Below are positions 49,925 through 59,143 of a DNA stretch of 64,000 nt, in pieces. The first letter of the stretch is position 1; each line of letters begins with the position of its first letter. The notes beneath the pieces are model-generated. The model was not told the DNA's origin, made no database searches, and saw nothing but the letters and a program-made list of their open reading frames with translations. The DNA lies in NCBI GenBank assembly GCA_047285805.1, contig JBJBCN010000002.1:192001-256000 (forward strand), given 5' to 3'. The position numbers and the translations under genes are program-made. Source of the stretch: Synechococcus sp. (GTDB taxonomy: Bacteria; Cyanobacteriota; Cyanobacteriia; PCC-6307; Cyanobiaceae).

Positions 49925-50793
49925 TGGCCTCTCCTCCAATGGCTGGGGGAAAGTCCTTGGCTTAGGCGGTCCAGGATCACCGCCAAGATCACCACGGCGA
50001 TGCCGCCTTCAAAGCCGAGCCCCACATCGAGCTGCTGGATGCCACGCAGCACCACATCACCCAAGCCACCACCGCCAATCATCGAGGTGATCACCACCAT
50101 CGAGAGGGCCAACATGATCGTCTGGTTGATACCGCTCATCACGGTGGGCAAGGCGTTCGGGAGCTGCACCATCCAAAGCAGTTGAAGATCCGTGCAGCCA
50201 AAGGAGCGGCCCGCCTCCACCAAATCAGCCGGCACCTGGCGAATCCCCAGGTGGGTCAGCCGGACGACCGGAGGCATCGCGAAAATCAACGTGGCGATGA
50301 TCGCGGGAACGGCTCCCGTGCTGAAGAGCATCACCGCCGGGATCAAATAGACAAAAGCCGGCATGGTCTGCATGAGGTCCAGCGCCGGGCGTAGCAGTCG
50401 CCAAATCCAGAGCTGACGCGTTCCCAGAACACCGAGGGGAAATCCCAGCAGCAGAGCCAAGAGGGAGGAGGCCAGCACTAGGGCCAGGGTGTCCACCATG
50501 GGATCCCACAGCCCCAGGGCTAAGACAAGGTTCAAGCCCAGCAGGCTGAAGAGGGCAAAGCCACCGCCGACCAGGCGCCATCCCGCAAGGGCAACCCCCA
50601 CGGCAAACAGCCAGGGTGCCGGCAGGGCCAGGCTCCAGCCCAGTGCGCTCGCCAAGGTCTGGATGCCCTGTTGAACAACACCAAACAATCCCTGGCCATG
50701 GTTGAGCAACCACTCCACCGCGGCATCAACGCTCTGGCCGACGGGCCCGGCCTGCTCAAGGCTTGCGATGAGAGGTGAGAAGGAGCAGCTCAT
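49921..50793 (-). CDS. proW: Glycine betaine ABC transporter permease
   Basis: LDLMQTMPAFVYLIP and EAGRSFG. Confidence 0.92.
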   Translation of the reverse strand: MSCSFSPLIASLEQAGPVGQSVDAAVEWLLNHGQGLFGVVQQGIQTLASALGWSLALPAPWLFAVGVALAGWRLVGGGFALFSLLGLNLVLALGLWDPMVDTLALVLASSLLALLLGFPLGVLGTRQLWIWRLLRPALDLMQTMPAFVYLIPAVMLFSTGAVPAIIATLIFAMPPVVRLTHLGIRQVPADLVEAGRSFGCTDLQLLWMVQLPNALPTVMSGINQTIMLALSMVVITSMIGGGGLGDVVLRGIQQLDVGLGFEGGIAVVILAVILDRLSQGLSPSHWRRGQ

Positions 50794-51863
50794 CAGACAC
50801 CCTCCCGCAGGGTCTCCAGCAGCCGCCGGGGCGTGACAACACCCAGCAGCCGCTTCTGGTGATCAAGAACCGGAGTAGGCCATGGGTTCCGAGCGACGGC
50901 GGGGATGGCGTCGTTGACCAGAGATTTGGACTCAAGCGCGCCTGTGGCTTCGGCCTGGATCCACCCGTCCTGGGGGCTAAGGATCCCCAGGAATTGCCCC
51001 GATGGGTTCAGGGCGAAACACAGCTGCTGATGGCCCCGGTCCGCGGGATCTGCCCCATCGGGCAGGACCAGGGTCTGAGTGCAGGGCTCGCGGATCTGCT
51101 CGAGGTTCAGGACGGAACCCCGGTCGACGCCCTTGAAGAAGGCTCGAACCTCGTGGCTGGCTGGCGCCGTGAGCAGCTCTAGGGGAGTCCCGCATTGGAG
51201 GACCTGCCCCGATTGCATTAGCGCGACGCGATCGCCAATGCGAATGGCCTCATCGAGGTCATGGGAGATGAAGACCACCGTGCGTCGCTGTTCCGCCTGC
51301 AGATCCAGCAGAAGGTCCTGCATGTCCCTGCGGATCAGGGGATCGAGGGCGGAGAAGGCCTCATCCATCAACAGGATGGGGGGATCGAGTGCCAGGGCCC
51401 GGGCCAAGCCCACCCGTTGCTGCATGCCCCCGGAGAGTTGCGCCGGTTTCAGGTGCTGCTGCTGTCCTAGACCTACGCGCTCCAGTGCCCTTTTGGCCGG
51501 AGCCAACCGCTTGGCCCTGGGCAGCCCTGCGACTTCGAGCCCAAAGGCCGCATTGTCGAGAACGCTCCGCTGGGGGAAGAGCGCGAACGATTGGAACACC
51601 ATGGCCATGGCTTGCCGGCGCAGGCGGTTGAGTTCGCGTTTGGAGAGGTCGGACAGGTTCTGACCGCGGACTGCGACGGATCCCGAGCTGGGTTGGATCA
51701 GTCCATTAATCATCCGCAACAGGGTCGATTTGCCTGAGCCAGAGAGGCCCATGACTACAAAAACTTCGCCCGGTTCGATCGCTAGGGATACCTGCTGGAC
51801 GGCGGCAGCGGATTGGCCTGGGAATTGTTTGGAGAGGGCGTCGAGCGTGATCGCTGAAGACAC
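50793..51863 (-). CDS. proV: Glycine betaine ABC transporter ATPase
   Basis: GLSGSGKST, LSGGMQQR and MDEAFSALDP. Confidence 0.92.
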   Translation of the reverse strand: MSSAITLDALSKQFPGQSAAAVQQVSLAIEPGEVFVVMGLSGSGKSTLLRMINGLIQPSSGSVAVRGQNLSDLSKRELNRLRRQAMAMVFQSFALFPQRSVLDNAAFGLEVAGLPRAKRLAPAKRALERVGLGQQQHLKPAQLSGGMQQRVGLARALALDPPILLMDEAFSALDPLIRRDMQDLLLDLQAEQRRTVVFISHDLDEAIRIGDRVALMQSGQVLQCGTPLELLTAPASHEVRAFFKGVDRGSVLNLEQIREPCTQTLVLPDGADPADRGHQQLCFALNPSGQFLGILSPQDGWIQAEATGALESKSLVNDAIPAVARNPWPTPVLDHQKRLLGVVTPRRLLETLREGV

Positions 51864-52183
51864 GGTTCTCCGACCCACTTTTTTAAACGCTAGCCATGCA
51901 TGAGTAGGAGCGCAGGTGTGACCCATGAACTTAGGTCTTTAGCAAGTTCAAACATTTGCTCGGATGGCCTTTGCTCACTTTGATGTCGGCGACAGCAGGA
52001 CACGTGTGTTTTGCAACAGGGCCCGCTTTGCGCTGACAGCCATGGTGCTCATCGATAGGTTGCGGCCATGGCGCACTTCATGGCTTTGTGACGTGTGTCC
52101 GGAGGCCTCTTTTGAGGTGATCCCCCCAGCCCTCTTGCTGAGCTCTGAACGGTCTGCGTCTGTCAGTGGCTCCCCCGGTTTGA

Positions 52184-53056
52184 ATGACGACATCTCATCG
52201 CACCAAGACCTCGGCGGCCCATCGGCCCAAGTCCGCGGGGGCGAAGGATGAACAGCGTTTCGGTGCGGTCCCCGAAGCCGTTCGGGAGACCGATCACTAT
52301 CAACAGGAATACATCGAGCAATTTGCAGATCGTTGGGACCGGCTGATTGATTGGGAGGCCAGAGCCCAGGCTGAAGGTGATTTTTATATCCGCATCCTGC
52401 GGGAGCATGGTGCGAAATCGGTACTCGATGTCGCCACGGGGACAGGCTTCCACTCGATTCGACTCCTGCAGGAGGGGTTCGATGTGGTCAGCGCCGACGG
52501 CAGTCCCAACATGTTGGCGCGGGCATTTCGTAATGCTCGCGACCGCAACCAGCTGTTGAGGACGGCCCAGGCCGATTGGCGATTTTTGAACCGTGATATT
52601 CACGGAACATTCGATGCGGTGATTTGCCTGGGTAACTCGTTCACCCATCTCTTTCGCGAGAAGGATCGTCGTAAATCCCTGGCTGAGTACTACGCCGTCT
52701 TGAAGCACAATGGTCTTCTGATTCTTGACCACCGCAACTACGACCGCCTCTTAGAAGGTGGTGCCGCGGTGAAGCAAGGCAAGGGAACGGTGTATTGCGG
52801 AGAAGATGTTTCCGTGAGCCCTGATTGTGTCGATGAGGGCTTGGCACGCTTTCGCTACGCCTTCAGTGATGGAAGCACTTTCCACCTGAATATGTTCCCG
52901 CTCCGCTATGGCTATGTGCGCCGACTGATGCGGGAAGTTGGCTTTCAAAAGATCACCAGCTACGGGGACTATCAGCGCAGCAAGGACGATCCCGATTTCT
53001 ACGCCCATGTCGCCCATAAGGCCTACGAGACCGATGGCGATACGACGGTGATCTAG
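52184..53056 (+). CDS. bsmA: Glycine/sarcosine N-methyltransferase (GSMT)
   Basis: TDHYQQEY...WDRLIDW, DVATGTG, CLGNSFTHL and DHRNYD. Confidence 0.92.
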   Translation: MTTSHRTKTSAAHRPKSAGAKDEQRFGAVPEAVRETDHYQQEYIEQFADRWDRLIDWEARAQAEGDFYIRILREHGAKSVLDVATGTGFHSIRLLQEGFDVVSADGSPNMLARAFRNARDRNQLLRTAQADWRFLNRDIHGTFDAVICLGNSFTHLFREKDRRKSLAEYYAVLKHNGLLILDHRNYDRLLEGGAAVKQGKGTVYCGEDVSVSPDCVDEGLARFRYAFSDGSTFHLNMFPLRYGYVRRLMREVGFQKITSYGDYQRSKDDPDFYAHVAHKAYETDGDTTVI

Positions 53057-53058
53057 TC

Positions 53059-53910
53059 ATGACTCAGACGCACTTCTCCGCCTCAGAGCGCACCGCTTCG
53101 GACTACTACGACAGCGCCGATGCTGATTGTTTCTATGAAGAGATTTGGGGCGGTGAAGACATTCACATCGGCCTTTACGCTTCCGAGACCGAAGCCATCG
53201 CATCGGCCAGCCAGCGTACGGTCAACGCCTTAATCGCCTTGATTGGCACCCTCCCGCGCGGGGCCACGGTCGTTGATTTGGGTTCGGGATATGGCGGTGC
53301 TGCCCGGCGCCTCGCCAAGGAGTTCGGGGCCCATGTCGAGGCGATCAATATCTCGGCCGTTGAAAACGCCCGGCACCGTCGGCTCAACCAGAGTGCCGGA
53401 TTGCAGGACCAAATCCAGGTGCACGATGCCTCCTTTGAGGACGTTCCCCTGCCCTCAGGCTGTGCGGATGTGGTCTGGAGTCAGGACGCGATCCTGCACT
53501 CCGGCAACCGTCAGCAGGTCCTCCAGGAGGCGGCGCGGTTGTTGAAGCCAGGCGGTGTGATGGTCCTCACGGATCCGATGGCCGCCGATGGGGTGGATAC
53601 AGGTTCCCTGAGCGCGATCCTCGACCGCATTCACCTGCCCGACATGGGATCACCGGATCGCTATCTAGCCTGGGCCAGTCAGGCCGGCTTGGTCCGTGAG
53701 GTCTGGCAGGACCAGACGGCGATGTTGATTCGCCATTACGGCCGCGTCCGCGAGGAGCTTCTGCGCCGAGAGCAGGAGTTGAAGACCAAGATCAGCCAGG
53801 AGTACCTCCAGCGGATGGCCGCTGGCTTGGGTCATTGGATTGATGGTGGACGCCAGGGACGTCTGAGTTGGGGGCTGATGCGCTTCCGCAAGCCTCTGCA
53901 GGAGGCCTAA
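53059..53910 (+). CDS. bsmB: Sarcosine/dimethylglycine N-methyltransferase (SDMT)
   Basis: YYDSADAD.FY..IWGGEDIHIG and WSQDAILH. Confidence 0.92.
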   Translation: MTQTHFSASERTASDYYDSADADCFYEEIWGGEDIHIGLYASETEAIASASQRTVNALIALIGTLPRGATVVDLGSGYGGAARRLAKEFGAHVEAINISAVENARHRRLNQSAGLQDQIQVHDASFEDVPLPSGCADVVWSQDAILHSGNRQQVLQEAARLLKPGGVMVLTDPMAADGVDTGSLSAILDRIHLPDMGSPDRYLAWASQAGLVREVWQDQTAMLIRHYGRVREELLRREQELKTKISQEYLQRMAAGLGHWIDGGRQGRLSWGLMRFRKPLQEA

Positions 53911-54035
53911 TGGAATCCTTCGCCGGTGCGGTTGTGATTTTTGTGGTGGGCGGTGTCGTCACCTTGGCGACCACCGTGATGGTGATTCAGGGCCATCTCC
54001 ATTGGCGCGGCCGTGACCCGTGGGGGGAGGGCTAA
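53910..54035 (+). CDS. 41-aa single-TM microprotein (absent from ORF track)
   Basis: TAATG overlap with the SDMT stop; MESFAGAVVIFVVGGVVTLATTVMVIQGHLHWRGRDPWGEG. Confidence 0.65.
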   Translation: MESFAGAVVIFVVGGVVTLATTVMVIQGHLHWRGRDPWGEG

Positions 54036-54038
54036 GCC

Positions 54039-55478
54039 ATGGCGTTCGCTCCCATGCTTGCTGTGCAGCCGTTCTTGGCCCCAGGCCTTGCCTGGGCCCT
54101 GGTGGTCATCTTCTCGGTGCTCTGGATCGCACTCGGGGTGTCCTGGGGGCAGCGCGGCTCTGGTGATGCCGATGACTACATGTTGGCCGGCCGCAACATC
54201 GGTTTGGCCCTTAGCACCGCAACCTTGATGGCGTCCTGGGTGACCGGCAACACCACTTTGTTGGCGCCGGAGTTTGGTTATCGGAACGGCCTCTGGGGAA
54301 TGTTCAGTTACGCCCTGGCCGGTCTGGGCTTGGTCCTGTTTGCGCCATTGGCCCTACGGATCAAACACCTGATGCCCAAGGGGCGCACCAGCGGTGACTT
54401 CATTCGCCTCCGCTACGGCCGCGCGACCTGGTGGGTCTTCATGGTGATCACCGCCATCTACACCCTCGGTTTCCTGATGACCCAGGCGATGGGAGCGGGG
54501 ATCCTGCTGGAGGCCCTTTCGGGTTTTGACTACCGCCTAGGGATGGTCGTAGTGATTGGCGTCTCGACGATCTATACCCTCTATGGCGGGATGCGCGCCG
54601 TTGTGGGAACGGACTTCATTCAGTCCCTCTTGATAATGGGGCTGCTGGTTTTGGTTGCCGTGTTGGCGCTGCAGCAGTTCCCGGTTCCTGAGCTCCATCG
54701 CGCTTTGGTCGAGGAACATCCGGAGCGGCTGAATTTGCTTTTGCCGGCGGGTTTGTTGATTGCTTGGAACTCCGCCCTCTTCTCTATGGGCGAGGTCTTC
54801 CACAACAACATATGGTGGTCAAGGGTATTCTCCAGTCGTGCCTCCGTCGTCTTTAGCTCGTTCGTGCTCGGCGGCTTGGCATGGATGACGGTGCCTTTGG
54901 TGACTGGCTCCATCGGCCTGGTGGCGTTGGCTCAGTCGGTGGATTTGCCCCAGGTGAACATGCTGTTCCCGGTTGTGGCCTCCCAGTTGCTTGGGGCGGG
55001 GGGTGCGGCCTTGGTCTTTGTGGTCGTCTTTGCCTCGTTGACCTCAACATTGGATTCGCTATTGGCTTCGACGGCGGATTTGGTAGCCGAAGACGTGGTC
55101 TTCAAGCTGCTGAATCCCAATTTGAGTGATGCCCAATTGCGGCAGGCCACGCGCCTTGTGGTTCTGGGGTTGGGGCTTTTGACCTTGCTGCTGTCGTGGC
55201 CGCGCCTGGATTCCTTGGCGTCCGTTCTCTTCTTCACCGGTGCCCTTGTGGCTTCCACGATCTGGCCGGTGGCCTACGGCCTCTATTGGCGCAGTGCGAA
55301 CCGGTGGGCCGCCATTGCCGCGATGGTCTCCGGCAGTGCCGTGGGCCTGGCTGCGTATGTCCTGATCGCGCCCTACTGCGCGGCGTTGCTCTCCGCAGCG
55401 GTCTCGGCGGCGGTGATGGCTGTGGGCACTCAGTTTCAGCCCGAGCGCTTCAACTGGCTCACCTTGAAGGAGGGATAA
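54039..55478 (+). CDS. Sodium:solute symporter (SSS; DUR3/PutP-like)
   Basis: DYMLAGR, YTLYGGMRAVVGTDFIQ and TSTLDS; many TM segments. Confidence 0.9.
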   Translation: MAFAPMLAVQPFLAPGLAWALVVIFSVLWIALGVSWGQRGSGDADDYMLAGRNIGLALSTATLMASWVTGNTTLLAPEFGYRNGLWGMFSYALAGLGLVLFAPLALRIKHLMPKGRTSGDFIRLRYGRATWWVFMVITAIYTLGFLMTQAMGAGILLEALSGFDYRLGMVVVIGVSTIYTLYGGMRAVVGTDFIQSLLIMGLLVLVAVLALQQFPVPELHRALVEEHPERLNLLLPAGLLIAWNSALFSMGEVFHNNIWWSRVFSSRASVVFSSFVLGGLAWMTVPLVTGSIGLVALAQSVDLPQVNMLFPVVASQLLGAGGAALVFVVVFASLTSTLDSLLASTADLVAEDVVFKLLNPNLSDAQLRQATRLVVLGLGLLTLLLSWPRLDSLASVLFFTGALVASTIWPVAYGLYWRSANRWAAIAAMVSGSAVGLAAYVLIAPYCAALLSAAVSAAVMAVGTQFQPERFNWLTLKEG

Positions 55479-55481
55479 GTC

Positions 55482-55706
55482 ATGGCACGGTTTCGGATGA
55501 CAACCCGCTGGGCCCTCACCCTTGCCCTGTTGGCTGTGCTGATGCCTGTGGCCAGGGCGGGAGAAGCGAGCGCGCCACCGCGCTGGTTGGCAGATCTTCC
55601 ATTGCTGCAGGTTTTGATCTACGGAAGCGTTGCGGGCTTGGCTCTTTCGGTGCTGATCCTGTTGATCCTTTGGTGGAAAGAGTGGAGGCGCGGTGATGTT
55701 TGGTGA
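55482..55706 (+). CDS. Small membrane protein
   Basis: Two hydrophobic stretches, ends WWKEWRRGDVW; 3 nt after the SSS stop. Confidence 0.65.
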   Translation: MARFRMTTRWALTLALLAVLMPVARAGEASAPPRWLADLPLLQVLIYGSVAGLALSVLILLILWWKEWRRGDVW

Positions 55707-55876
55707 TCTCTAAGACTTTATAAATTCGTTGCTTGCACTTTCTTGAACCTCTGGCTAGTAATCGAGAAGGCAGGAGCAACTGAACCAAGCTTCACCGCTG
55801 TCCTCGCAGAGGCACTTCTTTTGACTGCGCTTATCAGGAGTCCTTCTCCCTGATGTCTCAGGTCTGATTTCCCGAA

Positions 55877-56992
55877 ATGGTCATCTCTTCTCCCTCTTCT
55901 CATCTTGTCTCAGAACGCTCTATGCGTTTCAAGCCGATGGGGCCAGATGTCTACGGGGCGACTTCTCCTAAGGACCTTCTTTTAGCGATTGAAGAAGATG
56001 GTGATGCACTTCATGACTTGGCCGACCAGCACGTAATATCTGTCCAACCATTCAAGGCGAATACACTGCTTCAATTGTTCCGTCTAGCCGCGAAATACGA
56101 GAGCAATCCTGAGCGCTATACCTCACATAATACACCCCTAAAAGGCAAGATTCTTATAAATGCTTTTTATGAGCCTAGTACGCGTACAAGGCTGTCGTTT
56201 GATAGCGCTTGGCATCGCCTGGGTGGCGACTCTATTAATATAACAGACCGAAGTACAACTGGCTTGGCCAAGGGTGAGTCTTATGAAGATGTTGCGCATA
56301 TGTTTAATAATTATGGCGACTGTATTGTTCTTAGGGACGGAGACTCGAGCGCTGTCTATTCGATGGCGGATACTCTTCGCATTCCGATTATTAACGCAGG
56401 TAATGGGATTGATGAACACCCCACTCAGGCAATGGCCGACCTCTATACGATTCTAAAGTGGAGGCCTTCTTTGGTTGCTTCTGAGGTCTCTCCTGGAGAG
56501 CGGGTGAGAATCGGAGTCGTTGGAATCCCAAGTCGTATGCGAACTGTCCGCTCGCTTCTGCGGATTCTTGTTAAATTTCCTCAAATTGTTGAGGAGCTTG
56601 TGCTTATACATGACCCTGCCAAAAACGCTGCCGAGGAATTGTTCGACCCCGGGCAATTGGAGGAGTTACAGCAGGTTGGAGTCAATGTGCGTTGCACCGG
56701 AGATCTTCAGGGTGAAATCCCTGGGCTTGATGTCATCTATATCAATGCAATCGCTTGGGTGGGTGATAGTTATGAGGTGCATGGTCATTCCTTCCGTCTG
56801 ACCAGAGATCTGCCGTACAAGCCAAATGCAATTGTTCTGCACCCTCTGGCTCGAGGCCCGGAGCTGAGCACCTGCCTCGATAACACCCCCCACAACTGGT
56901 ATTTCAGTCAGGCCCGGGGTGCGGTCTTCCTGCGGATGGCTCTGCTCACCTGCATGGTGGATCGCACCAACCGGGTCATGGATGTGATCTGA
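55877..56992 (+). CDS. Divergent aspartate-carbamoyltransferase-like enzyme (PyrB paralog)
   Basis: FYEPSTRTRLSF, KGES, INAG...HPTQ and HPLAR; lacks the RxQxER motif. Confidence 0.85.
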   Translation: MVISSPSSHLVSERSMRFKPMGPDVYGATSPKDLLLAIEEDGDALHDLADQHVISVQPFKANTLLQLFRLAAKYESNPERYTSHNTPLKGKILINAFYEPSTRTRLSFDSAWHRLGGDSINITDRSTTGLAKGESYEDVAHMFNNYGDCIVLRDGDSSAVYSMADTLRIPIINAGNGIDEHPTQAMADLYTILKWRPSLVASEVSPGERVRIGVVGIPSRMRTVRSLLRILVKFPQIVEELVLIHDPAKNAAEELFDPGQLEELQQVGVNVRCTGDLQGEIPGLDVIYINAIAWVGDSYEVHGHSFRLTRDLPYKPNAIVLHPLARGPELSTCLDNTPHNWYFSQARGAVFLRMALLTCMVDRTNRVMDVI

Positions 56993-57004
56993 GGAGGAAC
57001 GCGT

Positions 57005-59053
57005 ATGTGTGGAATCGGCGGTGTCTTCAGCACCACGGCGGATCAAGCCGTTGATCCCCAGCTTCTGGTCAACATGGCCGCGATCCAGGAGCATCGCGGT
57101 CCCGATGGTTTTGGCTATCGCACAGTCGATGGATGCGGAGTGGGCTTCTGCCATGCCCGCCTGTCGATCATTGACCTCAATGAGACCAGGGCACGCCAAC
57201 CGTTCTTAAGCGGAGAGCCGGGGTCGGGTGCGCGGGTCCTGATGGCCCACAACGGCGAGTTCTATGACTTCCAGCGGATTCGCGCCGACCTGACGGCCCG
57301 CGGTGTTCGCTTCAGCAGCAAGAGCGATTCCGAAATCCTGCTGCGCCTCTACCAACAGCAGGGCTTGCAGGCGACCCTGCCGCAACTGCGCGGTGAATTC
57401 GCCTTCGCGCTTTATGACGAGGCCGGAGATACGTTGCATCTCGTCCGGGATCGTTTCGGTATCAAGCCCCAGTACTGGACGATCACTCCCCAGGGCTTGG
57501 TCTTCGGTTCAGAGCTGAAGGTGTTGTTTGCCCATCCGGCGGTGGAGCGCCGCTTCACCTCGGAAGGGCTCTTCCATCAGTTGATGCAAACCATGGTCCC
57601 CGGAACCACCGCCTTTGAGGGGATCCGTCAGGTGCCGCCCGGTCACGGCATCAGCGTGCGCCGCCGCAACGGCAGCCTGCAGGTCGAGACCTGGAAGTAC
57701 TGGGATATGGACTTCCCCCGCCAGGGCGAGCGGGACAGCAGCAAGACCGAGTCCGACCACATCGATGCGATTCGTGCGGCGCTGCTCGAAGCGGTGGAGC
57801 TGCGGATGGTCGCCGATGTGCCCGTGGGTTGTTACCTCTCGGGAGGCATCGACAGTTGCTCCATCCTCGGCCTGGCCGCCGCCGTCAGCCAGAGCCCGGT
57901 CAAGGCGTTCACCATTGGTTTCGATGACGCCCGCTACGACGAGTCGCCGATCGCCAAGGAGATGGCCGACGCCACGGCGGCCGAGCAGGACGTGATGCGT
58001 CTCTCGGGTAGGGAGCTCTACGGCTGGATGGAGCGCACCCTCTGGCACACCGAGCGGACGATCTACAACACCTTGGCGGTGGCGAAATTCCTGATGAGCC
58101 GCCATGTCAACCAGGTCAACTACAAGGTGGTGATGACTGGGGAGGGCTCCGATGAGCTCTTCGGTGGCTATCCGGCCTTCCGACGCGACATGTTCCTGCA
58201 CGGTCTCCAGGACCTGCCTGAGCAGGACCGTCAGGCCTGGGAGGACTTGTTGCAGCAGTCCAATGCCCTGGTGCAGGGGGCAATGTTGGCGGCGGATCAA
58301 GTGGATGATCCGGACCTCGATGCGGTCGTTGGTTTCACCCCCAGTTGTCTCCAGCCCTGGTTGGCCTGCGCGCCGCTGGTGCCGGCCCTGCTCGCGGATG
58401 CCCATCGCGAGGCCCTCTCGGGCTATTCCCCGGGCAAGGCCATTGCCAAGACCTTGGATGCGGAACAACTCGAGGGACGCCACGCCCTCGATAAGGCCCA
58501 GTACGTCTGGATCAAGACGATGTTGGAGGGCCAAATCCTGACCTGGGGCGGTGACCGGGTCGATATGGCGAATTCCATGGAGGCGCGTCCGGCCTTCTTG
58601 GATCACCATCTGGCCGCGGCGGCGGTTCAGGTGCCGCCGGAGTTGCGGATTAAGGGGAAGACGGAGAAGTACGTCCTGCGGGAGGCCATGGCCGGTCTGC
58701 TGCCGGAGGTGCTCTACAAGCGCGAGAAATTTGCCTTCATGGCCCCGCCGGCCCATACCGAGCTCGAGAAGTGGGAGCAGATGAAGCAGCTGGCGAACGA
58801 CTATCTCAGTGATGAGGCGATCGAAGCCGCGGGACTGCTCAGCGTGGATGGCGTTCGGGCCCTCTTCGCCCGCCATGGCGACCCGGCGACCACCGATGCC
58901 GATCGGGTGCAGATGGACGCCATGATCAACCATCTTCTCGGCGCGCAGATGCTGCACAGGATGTTCATTGCCGCGGACGTGCCGGCACAGGCCCGGGCCA
59001 AGGCCGATGCCCTGGGTTGGCATCCCGCTCGGGAGGCTGCTGCCGTTTGCTGA
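57005..59053 (+). CDS. Asparagine-synthase-family glutamine amidotransferase (AsnB/AsnO-like)
   Basis: MCGI (Cys2), HRGPD, NGE, RDRFGIKP, SGGIDS and GEGSDELFGGY. Confidence 0.92.
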   Translation: MCGIGGVFSTTADQAVDPQLLVNMAAIQEHRGPDGFGYRTVDGCGVGFCHARLSIIDLNETRARQPFLSGEPGSGARVLMAHNGEFYDFQRIRADLTARGVRFSSKSDSEILLRLYQQQGLQATLPQLRGEFAFALYDEAGDTLHLVRDRFGIKPQYWTITPQGLVFGSELKVLFAHPAVERRFTSEGLFHQLMQTMVPGTTAFEGIRQVPPGHGISVRRRNGSLQVETWKYWDMDFPRQGERDSSKTESDHIDAIRAALLEAVELRMVADVPVGCYLSGGIDSCSILGLAAAVSQSPVKAFTIGFDDARYDESPIAKEMADATAAEQDVMRLSGRELYGWMERTLWHTERTIYNTLAVAKFLMSRHVNQVNYKVVMTGEGSDELFGGYPAFRRDMFLHGLQDLPEQDRQAWEDLLQQSNALVQGAMLAADQVDDPDLDAVVGFTPSCLQPWLACAPLVPALLADAHREALSGYSPGKAIAKTLDAEQLEGRHALDKAQYVWIKTMLEGQILTWGGDRVDMANSMEARPAFLDHHLAAAAVQVPPELRIKGKTEKYVLREAMAGLLPEVLYKREKFAFMAPPAHTELEKWEQMKQLANDYLSDEAIEAAGLLSVDGVRALFARHGDPATTDADRVQMDAMINHLLGAQMLHRMFIAADVPAQARAKADALGWHPAREAAAVC

Positions 59054-59060
59054 TGTTCAG

Positions 59061-59086
59061 CCCGTAATGGTCACAACCGTTACGGG
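59061..59086. repeat. Intergenic hairpin
   Basis: cccgtaatgg-tcacaa-ccgttacggg; 10-bp stem with one G-U pair. Confidence 0.7.
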
Positions 59087-59143
59087 AGCTCTGGGAGCTC
59101 TCCTCGATCGTGGGGGTGCTCTGTTAGATGTGAAGGTCTGAGG

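Noticed and set aside
51930..52183. SAM riboswitch upstream of GSMT
   Set aside because: Some pairing potential but no recognisable SAM riboswitch consensus.
55825..55860. cttatcaggag resembling a SAM-I start
   Set aside because: The remaining conserved elements are absent; only a small local hairpin.
57509..59023. Long antisense ORFs (also 8054-9151 and 22069-23337)
   Set aside because: Shadows of well-supported genes, expected with high-GC codon bias.
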